Below are positions 42,191-55,796 of a stretch of 64,000 bases of DNA, one piece after another. Position 1 is the stretch's first letter; every line of letters begins with the position of its first letter. The translations under genes and the position numbers were made by a program. Below the pieces are notes generated by a model. The model was not told where the DNA came from. It ran no database searches and saw only the letters and a program-made list of their open reading frames with translations. The stretch comes from Eledone cirrhosa (taxonomy: Eukaryota), in assembly GCA_964016885.1 (NCBI GenBank), contig OZ024746.1, positions 79,050,001-79,114,000 of the forward strand. The letters run 5' to 3'.

Positions 42191-42950
42191 ATGTATATAT
42201 ATATTTGTACATATATATATACATATATATATATATATACATATAGATATATATAGATATATATATAGTGACGAAACATAAGTCAATTGCATTATCATTT
42301 TTGTTATTTCTCTTTACCTTTTACATATATATACATATTGATTTTCTCAGTTATCTGTATCTATATCTATTTATAAATTTATTCTATTGTATATGTTTTG
42401 TGTTTTTTATTTAATTTCTTTATTCTTTATTTATTTATTTACCCATCAAATTAGGCATTTTCGTATATTTGCATTTTATTGATTTGCATATCATTTTATT
42501 GCTCATTATTTCAAGTGGTCATAAGAACTAGCGACAGTGACAATTTGATAAGGGAGTCCACGTGTAATACAATAGTTTGCCTCAGCAAACACCCATTCTA
42601 TTTAATAACAAGCTCTTATAGTTTATTTCGTTGTTTGCTTGCTTGTTCTTTATTTGTTAGTGCCATCATTAGAGATACCTCAATAATCAGTGTGTGAATA
42701 GTGGTCAGCTGTCCCCATCACCTAAACAGCAATCCATCAAAGTACCCAACCACACAAACAAACGTCTATTCCCCCCACCCACATCTAATCGTCCATCCAT
42801 TCATACATACATACATACATCCTTTCATCCATTCATTTAACCAAACCTAGGTCCATCCAAACATCCATTCACCCCGCCGTACATCCATCTGTTCTCTCAC
42901 TTTCCCGGTCTCACTCTCTCGGTCTGTCTCTCTTTCTCCCTCTCTCTCTT

Positions 42951-43016
<66 letters not shown>

Positions 43017-43262
43017 CACTCTCTCCCTCTCTCTACCCCCGCTCTCTTTCTCCCTTCTTCCTCTCTCTACTCCCCTTCTCTCTCTTTCTCCCTGCCCCTC
43101 TCCCTTTCTCTCTCTATCTACTCTCTGCCTATCGCCTATCCCCCTCTCTTTCTTATACACACACATGCATACACACATACACCCACCCACTCGCCTCATA
43201 TTCCACCATTTATATTTCTCTTCTACAATGTCGACTACCCCCCCTCTCTCCCTCTCTCTCTG

Positions 43263-43323
<61 letters not shown>

Positions 43324-43385
43324 ATCCATCTATCTATCTATTTATCTATCTATCTCTTCTCCGTGTTTTTCTTATCTCAATCCTT

Positions 43386-43447
<62 letters not shown>

Positions 43448-43615
43448 CCCCCTCTCTATTTCCTCTCCTCCTCTCTCTGTCGGTTATATATTGTCTTTTC
43501 AAAGACTTCGTTACTATTTCCTCCACCATTTAATCTCAATCTCTTCAGTCAGCTAACATTCAAACATCCCTTAAGTTTGCATGCATCTGTCTATAGCCTA
43601 TCCCCTCTCTCTCTC

Positions 43616-43682
<67 letters not shown>

Positions 43683-43783
43683 TACATACACACACCCACA
43701 CATACACACACACATACATACTCACACACACAAACACACATATATACACACACACAAACGCACAGACTCACATACACAAACAC

Positions 43784-43826
<43 letters not shown>

Positions 43827-44289
43827 TACACACACACACTCACATACATACACACGCACACATACATACACACACATACATACTCACACACACCAATACA
43901 CACATATACACACATACACAAACACACAGACTCACAGACACAAACACACATACATATACGCACACACACATACATACTCACACACACACACACTCACATA
44001 CATACATACATACACACACATACACACACATACACATACATACACATGCATGCACACATACATACATACACACACAAACTTTCCGTTCCTGCCGCTTTGT
44101 TTCCAGTCACTAACTCACCCAGACTTGCAAACATATCCATCCATCCATTCCCTCTTCCTTCCAGCCATCCATGTCTCCACCCATACATCCATCAAATATT
44201 CCATCCATCCATCCTACAAACCATCCATCCATCCATGCAATCCCCATTTTTCTCATCTTTACATTTTCCCTTTCCGTTCTCGTCTTTTT

Positions 44290-45046
44290 AACTATCTCCT
44301 TGGCCTGGCAGTGCTACCGAGGAGCTCTACCAGTTCGAGACAAGCTCTACAGACATGGGCGCCCGGGTTGGGACCCTGCAAAAAAGATCTGTCCGAGGTG
44401 CGTGCGAGACGAAGAAACCGTCGCGCACGCATTCATACACTGCCCGGGCGTCACTGACCTGTGGGGCTATGTAGAACGACTATTGTCGCGGGTGGGACCA
44501 ATCCGGTTGACCACCGAGTCCATTGTCATGATCAAACGCCACCCTCCTTCAAAAACGAAGGAGAGGCGGTTTCCCTTTGTGTAATAGCTATGGTGAAAGA
44601 GGTTGTATGGTGGACAAGGTTGAAAGGGCTGAGGTCAGACACCTTTCTCTCCGGCCAACAACTGATTCTTTTTTTCAAATACCACTTTGGAAGAAGAATC
44701 AGGATGGAGAGAGAGGTGCTGTACCCCAGCAAGTTTTATGAAAGGTGGGTGAAAGTGGCGAGAATGGCCCGAGTGAATGGGCCTTCTCTCTATATCAGCC
44801 TGTAGGTTGAGGAAAAGGAGGAGGAGAGGAAAGGAGTACAAACTCTTCGTACTCCTGGAGATGAGGGTTGCACATTTTTTCGGGGGTATGTGTTACCCAT
44901 ATGAACTGTCTCCCCCTATTGGGGAAAATCGACTAATTTTTTAAATTGCATTTGTGATAACATTTTACACGTTTTTATTGTATGTAAACTTCCCCCTTTG
45001 TATTTGACCCCTTCTTTTGTGCCCCTGTGGCTAATAAAGAAATATA
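44290..45046 (+). pseudogene. Tx1/L1-clade LINE 3' fragment (zf-RVT CCHC region, 3' UTR, AATAAA)
   Basis: SLAWQCYRGALPVRDKL..CPRCVRDEETVAHAFIHC..LW..VKEVVWWTRLK..F.ERW with frameshifts; stop at 44803-44805; AATAAA at 45033 followed by (CTAT)n. Confidence 0.85.
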
Positions 45047-45118
45047 TCTATCTATCTATCTATCTATTTATCTGTCTATCTAACTGTATGTCTGTCTGTC
45101 TGTAGCTAGCTAGCTATT

Positions 45119-45119
<1 letters not shown>

Positions 45120-45176
<57 letters not shown>

Positions 45177-45183
45177 CATATAT

Positions 45184-45248
<65 letters not shown>

Positions 45249-45511
45249 CATATACACACACACACACACATATATATATATACATATACACACATATATA
45301 TATATACATATAGACACACACACATATATATATATATACATACACACACACACACACATATATATATATACATATACACACACAGACACACATATATATA
45401 TATATACATATACACACACACACACATATATATATATACATATATACACACACACACACACATATATATATATACATATACACACACACACACATATATA
45501 TATATACATAT

Positions 45512-45560
<49 letters not shown>

Positions 45561-45583
45561 CACACACATATATATATACACAT

Positions 45584-45618
<35 letters not shown>

Positions 45619-45621
45619 CAT

Positions 45622-45659
<38 letters not shown>

Positions 45660-45660
45660 G
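45120..45660. repeat. Compound (CA)n(TA)n tandem units of about 30 bp
   Basis: Alternating CA and TA runs repeated about 16 times. Confidence 0.9.
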
Positions 45661-45955
45661 CGTTAGTGTGTGGGGGCGTTCGCATAAAGACCTATAACCT
45701 CTACATCAACCATTCTCTAAGAACTCTCCCTCAAATCATCAACTCCTGTCTCTTCAAATGGGGTCACGTGCAAGTAGGATCCTAACGTGTACCGACCAAC
45801 GGTGATCACATCACATTTTCAGTGTCGACACGTGACCGAAACGTGAACAGCGCTCAATTGAATTCAGCGCGTGATCTGTACATGCGTCTTTCTGCGTTAT
45901 ATGTGTGCTTGCGCACGCGTGTAAGAAGCCGTGTGAATTTGTGCGTGAGTGTGTG

Positions 45956-46042
<87 letters not shown>

Positions 46043-46282
46043 GTGTCTGTGTGTGTGTGTGTGTGTGTGAGTGTATTTGTCTTTTTGAATTTTTGCATTC
46101 ATAATCATTTTTATATATATTTCTATATATAAATCCCACCTCTGCCGCATGCGTTCAAGGGACGGCACAAAGTGTACACACGAATATAGGGTATTAGGGA
46201 CATACAGCCAGGCACTGGTCCGCAAGGAAATGAGGAAACAACAACACGCGTGACAGAGTGACATTGAAGAAAACCATACATA

Positions 46283-46333
<51 letters not shown>

Positions 46334-46481
46334 ACACACATACACACACACACACACACTCACTCACTCACCCGCCCCCATATATATAATCTACATGCAT
46401 ATGAAAATATATAATTGATATAGATGTAAATTTATATATATATGTATGTATATGAATATATATATATGTATATATATATAC

Positions 46482-46518
<37 letters not shown>

Positions 46519-46559
46519 TATACACATACATATATATACACATAAATACACACACACAC

Positions 46560-46707
<148 letters not shown>

Positions 46708-47059
46708 TATATATACAATATATATATAATATATATATATATGCAAACATAGGGGAATGAAGGTGAAAACAACACAGGTTTCTGCAGACGTCATGGCAGA
46801 CGCTCTCGTTTTGAATAAAGAGGGAGCACGCTCCTTGGCAACTAAATGTACAGAACTGAGTATATGGTCATGAACTACGCGGGTAAGTTACTTATAAACA
46901 ACAACACACATTCAGAAAGGATGTCAGCTTACTGTACATCGTGCCAGACATCCATCTTAGTCAGCACTAAATTGTCAACACTATCCCGCCTCAATCTTGC
47001 TTATCAACTCTACCATACGTCTACATTAGCTTATTTCTGTATGTATGTATGTATGTTTG

Positions 47060-47560
47060 TATGTTATCTCTTTATCTTAATTTCCAGTACATTTTTTTGA
47101 CCGGCCACCTTTCTGGTGGCAAGGTTGTAAAAGAAAAGAAATTGTCAACCCTTGAATCGCAAGAATGTTTTGCAAATTTTGAAGGTGCCAGCTATCGCAG
47201 CCATTTGTAGACTATGAATTAGGGAGCTGCGCTCTTTGTCCGCAAATCCAAGTTCAGTCATACTTTGGTCCAAACGGGTTGGTATATAACCCGTAGCTCC
47301 AATAATTGTTTCTACTTTTGGCACAAGGCCAGCAATTACCCAGAGCATTACTGGTACTTTATTTTATCGACCCCGTAAGGATGAAAGGCAAAGTTGATGG
47401 GTATGAAGCTAAAGGTGTATCTTGGATACTGGATTTGTAAACTCCTCATCAATGGTCCGTAGATGTCCTCCTTCTCCTGTATTTTTCTGACAACGTTGAC
47501 ATCAAGTAGGCAGCTGATCTCCACAACAGAACACGTTTTCAATGTGTGGTCCCAAACATG
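47060..47560 (-). pseudogene. 3' fragment of a LINE with restriction-like endonuclease (R4/Dong/NeSL-type), interrupted by a SINE
   Basis: VWDH..KTCSVVEISCLLDVNVVRKIQEKEDIYGPL..FSFIPI|IIGATGYIPTRL..LQMAAIAGTFKICKTFL*; the E-I-S-C..K..Y and P-I-I-I-G-A-T-G motifs fit an RLE domain. Confidence 0.75.
47303..47396 (-). mobile_element. 5'-truncated SINE inserted in the RLE LINE
   Basis: 3' half of the SINE consensus lies between codons PI and IIG. Confidence 0.9.
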
Positions 47561-47717
47561 TATGCATGTATGTATGTATGTATGTATGTATGTATGTATG
47601 TATGTATGTATGTATGTATGTATGTATGTATGTATGTATGTATGTATGTATGTATGTATGTATGTATGTATGTATGAGTATATGTATATTATGCAAATGT
47701 GTATGCGTAAGATTTTG

Positions 47718-47778
<61 letters not shown>

Positions 47779-48658
47779 ATGCCTGTCTGTCTGTTTGTCA
47801 CCCTATCCCTCTCACCATATATATAATATTAGCGTGTGCATGTGTAGGTGCATAATAGCAACTCCCCTCCCCCCCTCTCTCTCTCTCTATATATATATAT
47901 ATACATATATATAATATTCATGGTTTTCTATGATATTGACAGTATTCAAATCTCTGAGGTCTCGGATATTTAGGTCTAATTCTCTCATAGATCTGTCATA
48001 GAGCCACATAATCACTATCTATTATATATAGATCTCTTTTGATATATATGCTCCTACTTTGGTCGAGCTGTGTTTTGTGTGTTAGTGCCTGAGCTATTTA
48101 TAGCGTTTCCACTTACCACTTTCATCCTATCGAACATTATAATTTTATTTTCATTCTACACATGACAGGCCTCTCGTTTTTCGGAAACCAATTTTAAAAA
48201 AAAATTGCAAGCAGTCTACTGATGATTGCAGCTCTTGGCTTCCCCATTTGTCAATGTTTATCAGCTGTTTGAAATGGTACCGTATACGCCTTGTAAAAAC
48301 TTTGTGATAGTGTAAGTATAATACTTATCCTCTCTCTATGTGTTTTTAACTTAATTTGATTGTTCTCTGCAAAATCTAAATTATGTGGATTCCTATGACA
48401 TTGGTAGTATGTTAAGCTCTGAGGTCTCGCATCTTTAGCTCTAATTATCTAATAGTGTTATCATAGAGCCACGTGATCGGTTTAACAATTACGGTCAAGG
48501 CCATGCTGGAACATCGTCTTTTATGTTTCTATAAGTGTGTATGTGTGTTTATGTAAGTGTGGATGTGTGTGTCTGAGTGTAAGTGCAATGCACTTCTGAC
48601 ACGTATGTATTCCTTGTATGCGCCTTTGTATTTACCATGGGTGCTTACTTGTGTTTAT

Positions 48659-48875
48659 AAGAGGGTGCGCTGAAACTTTCACAGGCTTACTATGAATATG
48701 TGATGCTAGGCCTGTGAAATCTTGCAGGCATTATATTTCCACTTCTTATTAATAACTGCATTGTTTCTTTCCAGGGACTATTTTGAAAAATAAACCTCAT
48801 TTGGTCATTCCATGAGAATATCTTGGTCAGCCTATACAATTTTCAGCCTAAGAAATGTTTCAGCCGACCCACGTA
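48659..48875. mobile_element. Mariner-type MITE
   Basis: Ends gagggtgcgctgaaactttc and gaaatgtttcagccgacccacgta approximate TACGAGGGTCGGCTGAAA TIRs. Confidence 0.55.
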
Positions 48876-48882
48876 TGTATGA

Positions 48883-49021
<139 letters not shown>

Positions 49022-49386
49022 AAATTACAGGTGAGGAGTTAGGCTGTGTGGTTACTGAAAACGAAGGGTTAGAAGGTAAACGGGACGTAAACAAGAGAAG
49101 AAAAGTATCCCTTCATCAGCTGTTTACTAGAGATCATAGATGTTTCGGCGCTTAAAACAGAACATCGATCTGTAGCGCGCCCATGGTCTTTTATCCATCA
49201 AAAGGCCATGAGGGAAAGAAGTAATAGTGAAGAGAGAGGAAGCAGAAAAAAATGAAAAGAGGAATAAACGAAGTAAACATACTGATATAAGTTGGGACAC
49301 AGGATAGTGGCGCATGCATGTAAAGTAACCAAAGAGAAAGTGGAAATAAGTTATAGTACGCCGATGGGTATAAGCCTGTTGGTGGT

Positions 49387-49435
<49 letters not shown>

Positions 49436-49462
49436 CATACACACAAACACGCATACATACAC

Positions 49463-49517
<55 letters not shown>

Positions 49518-49581
49518 GAAACACACAGATACATGCGGACACACACATATATACATGAATGCATCCGCACCCAACTGTGAG

Positions 49582-49622
<41 letters not shown>

Positions 49623-49879
49623 ATGTATGCGCGTGTGTGTGTATGTATGCATGTATCTATGAATGTCGTTCTCCTTTTCGGATAGTGTTTTCGATGCTCA
49701 GAGAGTGGGATTGCCAAAGTGCAAGGCCTTTCCCCACTTAAAAAAACCTTCAAAGCACAGGCATCGTTTGTTCAGGATATGTTACAGGTTCTTGTGGCTG
49801 GCCGTAGACTAAAAGTGCACCAAACTTTATAATCTGACAAACGATTGCAATACTCTTACCAGAGTTTGCAGCCCTCATC

Positions 49880-50520
49880 TATGTATGCACGCAGGTACGT
49901 ATGTATGCATGTATGTATTATGCATTTACGTACGTACGTACGTATGTATGTATGTATGTATGTATGTATGTATGTACGTATGTATGTATGTATGTATGTA
50001 TGTATGTATGTATGTATGTATGTATGTATGTACGTACGTACGTATGTATGTATGTATGTATGTATGTATGTATGTATGTATGTATGTATGTATGTATGTA
50101 TGTATGTATGTATGTATGTACGTACGTACGTATGTATGTATGTATGTATGTATGTATGTATGTATGTATGTATGTATGTATGTATGTATGTATGTATGTA
50201 CGTACGTATGTATGTATGTATGTATGTATGTATGTATGTATGTATGTATGTACGTACGTACATATGTATGTACGTATGTATGTAAGTATGTATGTATGCA
50301 TGTATGTACGTACGTATGTACGTACGTACGTATGTATGTATGTATGTATGTATGTATGTATGTATGTATGTATGTACGTACGTACGTATGTATGTATGTA
50401 TGTATGTATGTATGTATGTATGTATGTATGTATGTATGTATGTATGTATGTATGTATGTACGTACCTACGTATGTATGTACGTATGTATGTAAGTATGTA
50501 TGTATGTATGTATGTATATG
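49880..50520. repeat. Long (TATG/TACG)n microsatellite
   Basis: Direct reading. Confidence 0.97.
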
Positions 50521-50689
50521 CCTATGGATGAAGATGGGCAGGTGATTGAGTACGCATGTCTGTTCAATGTGAAACTTTGGTAATTCCTACAGGCTACAAA
50601 CACATCCAGTCAGCCTGCTTCTTATCTAACCAGCCAGCCAGCCAGCCAGCCAAACAGGCAACTAAATCCGTGGTTTTCTCCTGAGAAAA

Positions 50690-50800
50690 ACTCTTTATCA
50701 AATGGCCGCACGCGTCAGACCGGAGTACGTTCAACGCGCACGCGAGTCTGCTCAACTGCGCATGACCGAAAGGCGTTACGCGCGTGCATCACCTCATCAC
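50690..50800. promoter_or_regulatory. CpG-rich candidate promoter patch
   Basis: Dense CpG in an AT-rich background; AAATGGCCGC (YY1-like) at 50700 and TGCGCATG (NRF1-like) at 50757. Confidence 0.35.
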
Positions 50801-51103
50801 TGTTCCATGCACTGGTTCATATGCGGTAATGAAAGACAGCGTGCGGATATGTGTGTGTGTGTCTGGGAGCATCATGTATGTGCATGAGTGTATGTATGTA
50901 TGTGTGTGTGTGTGTGCGTATCAGTGTGTAGATGTACGTGAGTGTCTGGGAGCGGCGTGCGAGTGCATGTGTGCATGTATGAGTGTGCGTGAGTGTATAT
51001 GTCCATGCGCTTCAGTGCCTGGGTTTGGGCTGGATGTCCCAGGTTGTATATGAATGTGTGGATGTGGGATTTCCTCTGTGTGTGTCTGCCTGCGCGCGCG
51101 CGT

Positions 51104-51177
<74 letters not shown>

Positions 51178-51261
51178 ATTTGATTATCCCCCACCCCGCT
51201 AGTCTGTTTGATTTGTGGATATATAATATGATTCTACCTAATGATTTTATGTTTGCGTTGC

Positions 51262-51335
<74 letters not shown>

Positions 51336-51398
51336 AAATCCCGGCATGTGTCCTTGTATTCTCCCCTTTCCTTGTACGCCATTGTTGCTAATAAAGAA

Positions 51399-51400
<2 letters not shown>
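51336..51400 (+). mobile_element. Diverged Tx1-like 3' end inside (CTAT)n
   Basis: ttgtattctcccctttccttgt..gttgctaataaagaaat aligns to 44998-45043; (CTAT)n on both sides. Confidence 0.7.
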
Positions 51401-51470
<70 letters not shown>

Positions 51471-51779
51471 GTCTATATATATCTCTCTCTCTCTCTATCT
51501 ATCTCTCTATCTCTCTATCTGTTTGACTGTCTGTCTGTATATCTATCTATCCTCTTCTCTCTCTCTCTCTCCCTCACCTTATATTATATACGTACGGGGA
51601 GGATGTATGTGTGTGTTTCCCTACGTAGTAACACTCATGCCCACACACAAATATATATGTCTATGTATACACACACACACATATATATATATATATGTAG
51701 TTATATATATATATATACATATCCATATCCACTTGAATCCAACCGTTTAAACCCTGGTGCTATAATGTTTTATTTCTTG

Positions 51780-51863
51780 TATTGTTTGCTGCTCACTTTC
51801 TTTCTCCTCTCTTTCTCTCTCTCTCTGTATTTGTCTCTCTCTCTTTCTCTCTGTCTTTCTCTT

Positions 51864-51913
<50 letters not shown>

Positions 51914-52050
51914 GTGAGAGAGAGAGAGAGAGACAGAGAGAGAGAGGCAGAGAGAGAGAGAGAGAGAGACAGAGAGAGAGAAAAACAGAGTGAAAGAGAG
52001 AGAGAGAGAGACAAATACAGAGAGAGAGAGAAGAAAGAAAGTGAGCAGCA

Positions 52051-52057
<7 letters not shown>
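51780..52057. repeat. Fold-back palindrome centred on (TA)n
   Basis: attgtttgctgctcactttctttct..gtatttgtctctc is mirrored by gagacaaatac..agaaagaaagtgagcagcaaacaat; centre at (TA)n 51878-51909. Confidence 0.9.
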
Positions 52058-52124
<67 letters not shown>

Positions 52125-52154
52125 GGATATATATATATATATATATATAAATGG

Positions 52155-52243
<89 letters not shown>

Positions 52244-52244
52244 C

Positions 52245-52324
<80 letters not shown>

Positions 52325-52924
52325 ATATATGTATGTATTTATGAAAATATGTATGTATGTATAGGTGTATTTGTTTATGTGTCTGTGTGTCTGTTTGTCT
52401 GTGTGTGGTCATGGGTCTTTGTTTGTACACACATACGGATATTTCTACTTAAGGGTATGTATCTACTTATTTTAATATGTTTGCATCTGTGAATAAAAAA
52501 AGCATAGAAACACACACACATGCACACACACACATGCACACACACATGCACACACAGCGTCATAAAACACATTCACACACACACATATACGCATGAGTGT
52601 TGACACAAATGCTTATATACGTATGTAGGTGTTTGCTGTGTGTATGAACGACCTACATGATCTCTATGTCCCACTTTCCACCCTAATTTCTCTATCATCT
52701 TCTCTTTCCTCATCACCTACTCCAAACACCCACTCACTTATACATATATACATAGACACGAACACGCATACATACGCACATATACACATATAGACACACA
52801 TTCTTTCTCTCACTCTTTGCATATATATATATATACATACCTATTTTTATATACATATGTATATATATGTACGCATATATATTTATATGTATATATGTAG
52901 GTATATATATATATATATATAAAT

Positions 52925-53108
52925 ATAGGAATCAGTAAGACCCCGACAGCTGAGCTCAAGCCGTTTCGACGGATAATTCGCCGTCGAAACGGCTGGAGCT
53001 CAGCTGTCGGGGTCTTACTGGTTCCTATTACCCACTCTACTACCTCAAGTATTGAGTACTTTGGTGCGTTATGGTCCACCTGGTTCCTTACCACATTTCC
53101 TTCGTTAT
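52925..53108. mobile_element. Family B fold-back fragment
   Basis: Inverted arms meet at gtttcgacgg-ataattcg-ccgtcgaaac (about 52977); (TA)n flanks. Confidence 0.8.
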
Positions 53109-53157
53109 ATATATATATATATATATATATATAGATACATATAAAGCTATATGTATG

Positions 53158-53190
<33 letters not shown>

Positions 53191-53233
53191 ATATGCGTGT
53201 ATATATATATATAAATACATATAAATCTATATG

Positions 53234-53264
<31 letters not shown>

Positions 53265-53544
53265 ATATGTGTATGTATGTATCACACAAACACGAATGCG
53301 CTCAAATACGGAAACACACATACACAAACAGACACATTAATGCACAAATACACAGAAATATGCTGTTTCTTTATTCTCTCTATCATCTACCTACCCTTGT
53401 CCCCTTTTCCCCCACTTTGCATCTCTCCCTCCCTTTGACGGCGATAAAAATGAAGGTACACACCATATCAAACACATTGGCGTTGATCACATCGCTGTCA
53501 AGTCAACATGTCGTAAAAACGAAAGAAAACAAATGAAAACCTTA

Positions 53545-53747
53545 CAACACCACCAACAACCACAAGCACGACTACAACAATAATAACTACTACGACCACA
53601 ACCACCAACACAACGACCACGACCACCACCAACACAACGACCACGACCACCACCAACACAACGCCCACGACCACCACCAACACAACGCCCACGACCACGT
53701 CCATCACTGCCACCACCACCACCACCACCAACTCCACGACCACCTAC

Positions 53748-53778
<31 letters not shown>

Positions 53779-54080
53779 CCACCACCACCACCACCACCAC
53801 CACCGCCGCCGCCGCCACCGCCACCACCGCCGCCACCGCCGCCACAACCACCACCACCATCATCACCACCACCACCACCACCACCACCACCACCATCACC
53901 AACGCCACCACCACCACAACCGCCGCCACCGCCACCACCACCACCACCACCTCCCATCACTACCACCACTGCAACAACAACAACAACAATAACAACAACA
54001 ACAACAACAACAACGACGACAACAACAACGACGACAACAACAACAACAACAACGACGACAACAACAACAACTACAACACT
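53545..54080. repeat. (CCA/CCG)n and (CAA)n repeats with 24-bp tandem units
   Basis: Direct reading. Confidence 0.92.
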
Positions 54081-55045
54081 CACAAGAACAACAAAAGCAA
54101 GCGCGAAACAACAACTCTCTTGTGGCTTGACTTGGCCGATGTATGAATCTGTTAATAGCTTTCCCTGAATCTATCAGTGGAAGAAAGTCGACACGTCGCC
54201 ATTTTTTTTTTTACTGCCGTATGTTATGTTATGTTATTATTTGTCATTTTGCTTTAGTTTTCTTTTCTTTTTGTTGCATTCTTTTCTTTAGTTGTTGTTG
54301 TTGTTATTGTTTTTGTTGACGTTGATGTTGTCATTGTTGTTGTTATTCTTGTTGTTTAGATTTTTATGTTTTGTTACTTTCGCTTTTTATGATTGTCAAT
54401 ATGGACTGTATACACCTCCTACCACTGTCATTACCATCACTGTTAGTGACACCACTAACAACGAGCCCACCACCATTGTCCAAACTACAGCCATCACATA
54501 AACCAACCTCCTATCCCTATATCACTTCTATCGTCACTTCTACACCATCACTACCATTGCGTTCATCTTCTTTATCACACTAACACTGCTAACACAAACC
54601 TCACCACCACCCACTCTTTCTATATATCACCACTACCACCACTTATCACCACCATCGCGTACACCTTCACTACTATTACCACTGCTAACACCATTTCATC
54701 ACCGTCACCTTTCTATATCATCACTAACACCACCTATCACCACCTTTGTGTCCATAATCACTACCATTGCTACCGCTAACACCGCCATCATATCTATTTC
54801 TACCACTGCCGATATCACTGCTAGCACCATCACTACATTAATAACCAGAGCCAACAAGGGAACATACACAAGGTTGGGCGAAATGCTAGAAATAGAAGTA
54901 TAATCTGCCTCATACCACACAATACCGTTTCAAATAATGAATGACATATTGGACAATGTATCAATAGATACAGTATGTCTTAATAAAATACAGAATGGTT
55001 GTGGTTAGAGTGACTACTCAGTTATAGCTAACCTGGAATTTTACT

Positions 55046-55420
55046 CCACCAAGACCACCACCACCACCACCACCACCACCACCACCACCACCAATACTAC
55101 CAAGACCACCAAAACCAGCAAGACCACCACCAATACCAGCACCACTAACACCAGCACCAGCACCACCAGCACCCCCACCCCCACCCCCACCCCTACCACT
55201 ACTACCAACACCAAGACACCACCAAAACCACCAGCACCACCAAGACCACCACCACCACCACCACCACTACCAACACCAAGACCCCCACCAAGACCACCAG
55301 CACCACCAAAACTACCAGCACCATAAAGACCACCACCACCACCAAGACCACCACCACCACCACCACCACCACCAAGACCACCACCACCACCACCACCACC
55401 ACCACCACCACCACCACCAA
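55046..55420. repeat. Patterned (CCA)n repeat; minus strand reads as a Gly-rich peptide with one frameshift
   Basis: Recurring ggt-ctt-ggt, gct and ttt variants (see findings). Confidence 0.8.
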
Positions 55421-55603
55421 TTACATCAGTACGATCATTAGTATTAGCCAGCAGCAATCCACTCTATTCCATAAACATTCGCTGTTTAGTTTTTTTTTCT
55501 ATTTTGCACCTCTAAGTCCAACCATATTAATGATTGAATGTTTTCACTTGCTGCCCTCTACAATCACATAGTTTTACAGATTTACACATCTGCTTACACC
55601 ACT

Positions 55604-55656
<53 letters not shown>

Positions 55657-55660
55657 GCAT

Positions 55661-55795
<135 letters not shown>

Positions 55796-55796
55796 T

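Noticed and set aside
49128-49215. GGCGC..GCGCC-GAAAC hairpin on the minus strand
   Set aside because: No CUGANGA core and no convincing UH plus stem I.
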